A stretch of 12,043 nt of DNA. It comes from Candidatus Nanohalobium sp. Lineage in GTDB: Archaea > Nanohalarchaeota > Nanosalinia > Nanosalinales > Nanosalinaceae. The stretch spans positions 13,324 to 25,366 of the forward strand of contig JBDGTY010000034.1 in NCBI GenBank assembly GCA_042216335.1. Direction: 5' to 3'. Below, one piece after another: positions 7,041 through 12,043 of the stretch (the stretch's first letter is position 1; every line of letters begins with the position of its first letter). The notes beneath the pieces were generated by a model. It saw only the letters and a list, made by a program, of their open reading frames with translations. It had not been told where the DNA came from and did not search any database. The position numbers and the translations under genes are program-made.

Positions 7041-8144
7041 TCAGATATCGAAGTCGAAGTTCTCCTCGATGTACTGCTCGACCTCTTCCTCGGCCTCTTC
7101 CCTTTTTCTCTGGTGTTCGGTCAGGAATTCCTCGATCTTCTCCTTGGCGATCTGCTTCAGCTCTCCGGAAAGCATCTCACCCGAGGCGTATTCCTGACGG
7201 ATCCTCTCCAGTTCGTCGTCGTCCTTGATAAGATGGAACGCCAGGAGTTCAAAGACCATGTCCTCTTCTACGTCGGCGCCTTTCTCCCTGTGCTCTTCCA
7301 GAGAGTCTTTTCCTCCGGTCTTGGCCTGGTCGATTTTCTCTTTGGCTTCCTCTACCGAGTCATTGAGGGCTATGTAGCTCTTCGGTTTGCTGCTCGACAT
7401 CTTTCCTCCCTGAAGCCCTCTCATGAACCTGTTATACGTGGAGGCTGGCTTGGTGAAGTCGAAGTCCCTGTGTTTCCTCGCTACCTCCCTTGTCAACCTG
7501 ATGTGTGGATCCTGATCTATCCCTACAGGAACGACCGTCGGTTTTGATCCACCGTTCTCCGGGAACTGTGGCCTGAGGATGTCGGCGTACTGGACCTGTG
7601 CCGAGGACATCTTCCCAGGGTCGGCGTTGCCATAGGTCGCCTCCATCTCGTTCTGTGTGAGGTACCGGCCGAACATGGCTGCCCTGGCCAGGTGGTCGTT
7701 TCCGGCCTTGCTCTGGAAGTAGAAGTCGGTTTTATCCAGGTCGATGCCGAGAGCGACATAGTTTTTCAGGTACTCCTCGACAACCAATTTCCTGGCCTCA
7801 TCCAGGGAGATGTCTCTGGTATTGTATGACTCTATATCAGCAGCTGTCAATGTTATCTGGGCACCCATGTCCTGGAACATCTTCATCTGATCGACCACGA
7901 CCTTGTGGCCCAGATGAGCCTCACCGGAGGGCATGATACCAGTTATCGCCGCGACCTCTCCGCCGTCCTGGAGCGTGTCGAGGTACTCTTCCATACCCCG
8001 GTGTCCGAATACGATACCTCTCCGGATGTATCTGTGATCAGGAAACTTGTCTTCTATTTCTTCTATCGGTTCGATTCCGAACTCTTCCATCTTTTCCTCA
8101 ACGTTTCCTATCTCGACATCGCCCCACGGATCGTTCTCTGGCAT
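7041..8144 (-). CDS. trpS: Tryptophan--tRNA ligase (archaeal type)
   Basis: DPWG N-terminus, TGIMPSG..HLGH (HIGH), Q.ADIL, GIDQDPH, KMSSS and AKTGG motifs; GAGGT SD upstream. Confidence 0.97.
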   Translation of the reverse strand: MPENDPWGDVEIGNVEEKMEEFGIEPIEEIEDKFPDHRYIRRGIVFGHRGMEEYLDTLQDGGEVAAITGIMPSGEAHLGHKVVVDQMKMFQDMGAQITLTAADIESYNTRDISLDEARKLVVEEYLKNYVALGIDLDKTDFYFQSKAGNDHLARAAMFGRYLTQNEMEATYGNADPGKMSSAQVQYADILRPQFPENGGSKPTVVPVGIDQDPHIRLTREVARKHRDFDFTKPASTYNRFMRGLQGGKMSSSKPKSYIALNDSVEEAKEKIDQAKTGGKDSLEEHREKGADVEEDMVFELLAFHLIKDDDELERIRQEYASGEMLSGELKQIAKEKIEEFLTEHQRKREEAEEEVEQYIEENFDFDI

Positions 8145-8145
8145 C

Positions 8146-8514
8146 TTAGTTTACCTCTTGTTCAAGTGCTTCTTCCGGATTTTCAAATAGTTCGTGGTCT
8201 TCGACCACCTTTTCAGAAGAGCGGATGAGATCTCCCGAATCCTCATATAGCACGGCCCGGAAATCGCCTGTGTACCGGCTTACAGCTACTTCTGTTTCAT
8301 AGCCCTCGAGGAATTCAGGCTGCTCGGCTTCGTTCAGTCTCACCGCCTCTACAGCGTTCTCGTTCAGAAAGTCTTCCAGAGAAGACTCACCATCAAATGT
8401 CGAATAGACCAGTTTATCACCTACCTCATGGTATACTGTAGCATATGCCGATGCGAATTCGTTTCCTGGAAGCGAGTTACGTTCACTCGAGCCGAGATTT
8501 CTCCTATCAGTCAT
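8146..8514 (-). CDS. Hypothetical acidic protein (122 aa) within the trp cluster
   Basis: ATGA overlap with the trpA stop and a 1-nt gap to the trpS start; host-like acidic composition. No motif recognised. Confidence 0.7.
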   Translation of the reverse strand: MTDRRNLGSSERNSLPGNEFASAYATVYHEVGDKLVYSTFDGESSLEDFLNENAVEAVRLNEAEQPEFLEGYETEVAVSRYTGDFRAVLYEDSGDLIRSSEKVVEDHELFENPEEALEQEVN

Positions 8515-9275
8515 TCTTTCCCACCTTCTATTCCTGCTTTGAGCTGTTCAGCAAGTTTTTCCAGACCTTCCAGACCTCCTTCTCTGTATGCATCGATCAA
8601 AGCGCTTCCCACTATGACACCGTCTGCTCCTGCATCGACAGCAGCCTCCGCATGCTCTCTGCTGGAGACACCGAAGCCTATGGCCCTGGGCACGTCCATC
8701 TTGGATGTTCTCTGTATCAGTTTTTCTGCTTTTTCTGCAAAGTCGTTTCTGGCGCCCGTGGTGCCTTTGACAGAGACAAGATACGCGAATCCTTCCGTCA
8801 TCTCGTTGATCTCTTCCATCCGTTCCTCAGGAGTGTTCTGGGCCACGAGGAAGATGGAATCGAGTTCCGTGTCGATATCTTCCATTTCTTTCCTGTACTC
8901 TTCCGGTGGGAGGTCAGGGACTATCAGGCCTTCTACTTCTGCGTCCTCCGCGTCTCTGATGAACTTCTCGTAGCCGTATGCCCTCAGCGTGTTGACGTAG
9001 GCCATAAGGACTATCGGAGTCTCAGTGAATTCCGAGGCTATATCGAAGGCGTCCTCTGTTTTGAAGCCGTTGTCCAGTGCTTCCTGATCCGCTTCCATGA
9101 TTGTCGGGCCGTCAGCCATCGGATCACTGAACGGGATTCCGAGTTCTATGATGTCGGCACCCGAGTCGATAAGAGTTTCTATAATTTTCCCGGATTTTTC
9201 CTTTGTCGGATATCCTGCCACCGTGAACGGCATGAACGCGTTTCCGTCCTCGAATACCTCTTCAATTGAAGTCAA
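8511..9275 (-). CDS. trpA: Tryptophan synthase alpha subunit
   Basis: [17 protein letters not shown] (catalytic Glu/Asp), VPDLP, YLVS.KGTTG, IGFGV and [11 protein letters not shown] start with a GGAGGTG SD inside trpB; 14-nt overlap with trpB. Confidence 0.97.
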   Translation of the reverse strand: MTSIEEVFEDGNAFMPFTVAGYPTKEKSGKIIETLIDSGADIIELGIPFSDPMADGPTIMEADQEALDNGFKTEDAFDIASEFTETPIVLMAYVNTLRAYGYEKFIRDAEDAEVEGLIVPDLPPEEYRKEMEDIDTELDSIFLVAQNTPEERMEEINEMTEGFAYLVSVKGTTGARNDFAEKAEKLIQRTSKMDVPRAIGFGVSSREHAEAAVDAGADGVIVGSALIDAYREGGLEGLEKLAEQLKAGIEGGKE

Positions 9276-10416
9276 GGCTGTCCACCTCCGCGACAGTGTG
9301 CATGTCCTTGTCCCCCCTTCCTGAAAGGTTGATTATCATGGAGTCGTGTTCATCGGCCATTTCCTTGGCGAGCGCGACTGCGTGAGCTGATTCGAGCGCT
9401 GGCAGTATACCTTCCGTCTCGGACAGGTCGTTGAAGGCCTCCATGACCTCTTCGTCGCCGACGGCGTAGTACTCAGCTCTTTCAAGTTCGTGAAGCACAG
9501 CGTGCTGTGGGCCGACACCGGTGTAGTCGAGGCCCGCGGATATGGAGCTGGTTTCTCCGATGTTGCCCTGTTCGTCCTGTATGAAGTAGGATTTGAATCC
9601 CTGGAAGATGCCGACCTCTCCCTTTGAGAGTGATGCGCCGTGGCCGTTCTCGTCTCCGCCTGCTTCTGCACCGTAGAAGTCGACTTCGTCGTCTTCCATA
9701 AACTCGCTGAAAAGGCCGATGGCATTGCTGCCTCCGCCGACACATGCTACCAGTGCATCCGGTAGCTCTCCCTCTTTCTCAATGAACTGCTCCCGAGCTT
9801 CTTCTCCGGTCACCGAGTGGAAGTACTTCACCATCTCAGGAAATGGCTCAGGGCCGACAGTAGATCCCAGAAGGTAGTGAGAGCTGTCAGAGGTCGAGAT
9901 GTAGTCCTGCATAGCCTCTGTAACGGCATCTTTCAAGGTCTGAGATCCTTTTTCGACAGGAGTGACTTCCGCCCCGCACTTCTCCATCCTGAGGGCGTTC
10001 ATCTTCTGCCTCTCGACATCCCTGGCACCCATGTAGACCTCTACATCGAGGTCGAAGTAGGCTCCTGCCATCGCAGAGGCGATACCGTGCTGGCCGGCAC
10101 CTGTCTCCACGACGAGGCGTTCCTTGCCCATCCTCTCTGCGAGCATGGCCTGTCCAAGCGTGTTGTTTATCTTGTGGGCTCCGCCGTGAAGCATGTCCTC
10201 CCTTTTCAGGTAGATCTTGCAGCCATACTTTTCCGAAAGGTTCTCAGCATGGTACAGGTTGGTCGGCCTCCCAGCATACTCCCTCAGATGCTGCCTGAAC
10301 TCCTGCTGGAACTCTTCGTCTTTCTTTGCTTTTTCGAACTCTTGCTGAAGTTCTTCCAGCACCGGCACAAGCAGTTCCGGTACGTACTGTCCTCCGAAGT
10401 CGTGTTTGGTTTCCAT
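9262..10416 (-). CDS. trpB: Tryptophan synthase beta subunit (TrpB1 type)
   Basis: [23 protein letters not shown] (PLP Lys), [32 protein letters not shown] and NLSGRGDKD. Confidence 0.98.
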   Translation of the reverse strand: METKHDFGGQYVPELLVPVLEELQQEFEKAKKDEEFQQEFRQHLREYAGRPTNLYHAENLSEKYGCKIYLKREDMLHGGAHKINNTLGQAMLAERMGKERLVVETGAGQHGIASAMAGAYFDLDVEVYMGARDVERQKMNALRMEKCGAEVTPVEKGSQTLKDAVTEAMQDYISTSDSSHYLLGSTVGPEPFPEMVKYFHSVTGEEAREQFIEKEGELPDALVACVGGGSNAIGLFSEFMEDDEVDFYGAEAGGDENGHGASLSKGEVGIFQGFKSYFIQDEQGNIGETSSISAGLDYTGVGPQHAVLHELERAEYYAVGDEEVMEAFNDLSETEGILPALESAHAVALAKEMADEHDSMIINLSGRGDKDMHTVAEVDSLDFN

Positions 10417-10426
10417 AGTATCCTTT

Positions 10427-11761
10427 TCAGTCCTCCTGTCGCGTCCTGTAGGTTTTCATGTACTCCTCGAATTTTTCGTCGTATAGCTCCTGATTCTCTC
10501 CCGGCTCGTACTCCTTCGCAGTCTTCACCATCCGGTTCTCTGCTTCCTCCAGACTGTCGAAAACCCCGTTCGATGTCGCCGCAAGTATAGCAGCGCCGAG
10601 CGCCGATGTTTCGTCCACCTCCAGTTTTCTGACGGTTTCTCCGAGCACGTCGGCTTTGATCCGGTTGCGGAGACCGTTCCTCGAGCGCCCTCCACTTATC
10701 ACCAGGAATTTCAGGTCGTTTCCGAACCTTTCAAGCTGCTGCCGTATGTAGTATGCCTCCGCCTCGACGAACGACCTTGCAAGTTCCTCTTTCCCCTGAC
10801 TCAGTCCGAGACCTGTTATGGCTCCCTTTCTTTCCGGATGCTTCCTTTCCCCGTCCAAGAACGGAGCGGTGATCGGAGTTTCTTCAGGCTCTGCTTCCTT
10901 AATCATCCGATTTACTTCGGTGTAGTCGATGTCGAAAAGGTCCTTCATCCATTCCTCCGCGGATGCAGCAGCTTCTCCTCCCAGGCAGAGCTCTTTGCCA
11001 TCTCTGAAGTACGGTTTGTTGCCTTCCGAGGCGATCTGTGCCACTACCGTGGTTGTCCCTGCTATGGCCATGGCCTCACCTTCCCTGTAAAGGCCTGAGC
11101 CGACAGCGCTGCATATGGCATCCCACGGACCTACAACTACCGGCACCTCGCTATCGACAGAGTCTATGAAGCTCTCACTGAGCTTTCCCGTCTTTTCCCG
11201 GAAGCTGGCAGGTTCAGGGAACAGCTCCGTGTCCATACCGTGTTGCCGGCATCTTTCCTCCAGTTCCTGCTGCGGGAAGCCGTAGTTGTTCCTCCTGAGA
11301 TTGCCTGTCATCCTGTAGGCGAGGTAGTCGCGGAAATCCACGACCTTATCCAGCTCTTCAGCTATCCCAGGTCGCTGCTCTTCTATCCACTCGGTGTTCT
11401 TGAAAATCATTGTTTTGCCCCAGTTGAGCTCCGGGAACTCCTCTTCTACTTCTTCGCTCCGGGAGTCCATGTAGGTCAGTATGGCTGGCGCTAAAGGCTT
11501 ATTTTCGGAGTCGAGCGGCAGGACGCCGCGGCCGAACCCGGTAACGCCTACAGCATCTACCTCCGAGAAGTCCACTTCCTTTGCCAGCCTGCTCAGAGCC
11601 TCCCTGACAGCTTCTACCAGCTTCTCGGCACTGTGCTCCGCATATCCCTCCTCAGGCCGCTCAACCCCGTAACTTTCAGTTTCACACGCAATCTCAGCAC
11701 CCTCACTGCTGAAAACCACTGCTTTGCAGCTCCTGGTTCCGACGTCGATACCTACCAGCAT
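10427..11761 (-). CDS. FGGY-family carbohydrate kinase (xylulokinase/ribulokinase-like), substrate unknown
   Basis: [20 protein letters not shown], catalytic-region GPWD, AGTT, PFLDGER, SGG.SRN, IKADV and [16 protein letters not shown] at the trpC 3' end. Confidence 0.92.
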   Translation of the reverse strand: MLVGIDVGTRSCKAVVFSSEGAEIACETESYGVERPEEGYAEHSAEKLVEAVREALSRLAKEVDFSEVDAVGVTGFGRGVLPLDSENKPLAPAILTYMDSRSEEVEEEFPELNWGKTMIFKNTEWIEEQRPGIAEELDKVVDFRDYLAYRMTGNLRRNNYGFPQQELEERCRQHGMDTELFPEPASFREKTGKLSESFIDSVDSEVPVVVGPWDAICSAVGSGLYREGEAMAIAGTTTVVAQIASEGNKPYFRDGKELCLGGEAAASAEEWMKDLFDIDYTEVNRMIKEAEPEETPITAPFLDGERKHPERKGAITGLGLSQGKEELARSFVEAEAYYIRQQLERFGNDLKFLVISGGRSRNGLRNRIKADVLGETVRKLEVDETSALGAAILAATSNGVFDSLEEAENRMVKTAKEYEPGENQELYDEKFEEYMKTYRTRQED

Positions 11762-11764
11762 AAC

Positions 11765-12043
11765 CTAGCTCTCACCTGCTCCTGCGAACTTTTCGACATT
11801 TTCCTCTACATCTCCGTCCATTATGGCAGTGCCTATAAGCATGGCATCAGCTCCAGCGTCCAGCATCCGTTCTGCATCCTCAACCGTTTTTATACCGCTC
11901 TCAGCGACCAGTCTGATGTTCTCGGGAGCTTCTTCCGCCACCTCTTCAAACGTATCCAGATTGACTTCAAGCTTTGTCAGATCCCGGTTGTTGACTCCGA
12001 TGATTTCGGCTTCTGCATCGACAGCTTCTTCCATTTCCTCTTC
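11765..12043 (-). CDS. trpC: Indole-3-glycerol phosphate synthase, C-terminal part (5' end outside window)
   Basis: [15 protein letters not shown] and [10 protein letters not shown]. The frame stays open to the window edge, so ATG 12034 is internal. Confidence 0.95.
   Translation of the reverse strand, partial: EEEMEEAVDAEAEIIGVNNRDLTKLEVNLDTFEEVAEEAPENIRLVAESGIKTVEDAERMLDAGADAMLIGTAIMDGDVEENVEKFAGAGES

Noticed and set aside
8428-10590. Long plus-strand ORFs 8428..8973, 8445..9269 and 9817..10590
   Set aside because: Antisense shadows of trpA and trpB, with non-acidic composition and no motifs.
1-12043. CRISPR arrays, full tRNA/rRNA genes, trp attenuator or T-box
   Set aside because: No periodic repeats or cloverleaf were seen in the short intergenic gaps. 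The trp leader lies outside the window.

Overview
Compact archaeal housekeeping region from a salt-in halophile. The proteins are very acidic, PheRS and TrpRS are archaeal-type, and several TATA-like boxes sit about 25-30 nt upstream of start codons. Nanohaloarchaeota (DPANN) is the best guess by inference. Left part: a membrane-anchored Cys-containing surface protein, an unannotated 38-aa ORF, an APH/choline-kinase-like phosphotransferase, ndk, a DUF6516(TumE-like)/wHTH putative toxin-antitoxin pair and a PspC-domain protein. Right part: one long minus-strand aromatic amino acid cluster, trpC(partial)-FGGY kinase-trpB-trpA-orf122-trpS-SpoIIM-like-pheS-pheT. The standout is an FGGY-family kinase with atypical substrate-pocket motifs, tightly coupled between trpC and trpB (the slot trpF often occupies). 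It may represent an undescribed tryptophan-precursor salvage or bypass step. Secondary observations are substitutions at conserved PheS/PheT positions, a box C/D-like element after pheT, and palindromes at two putative promoters.
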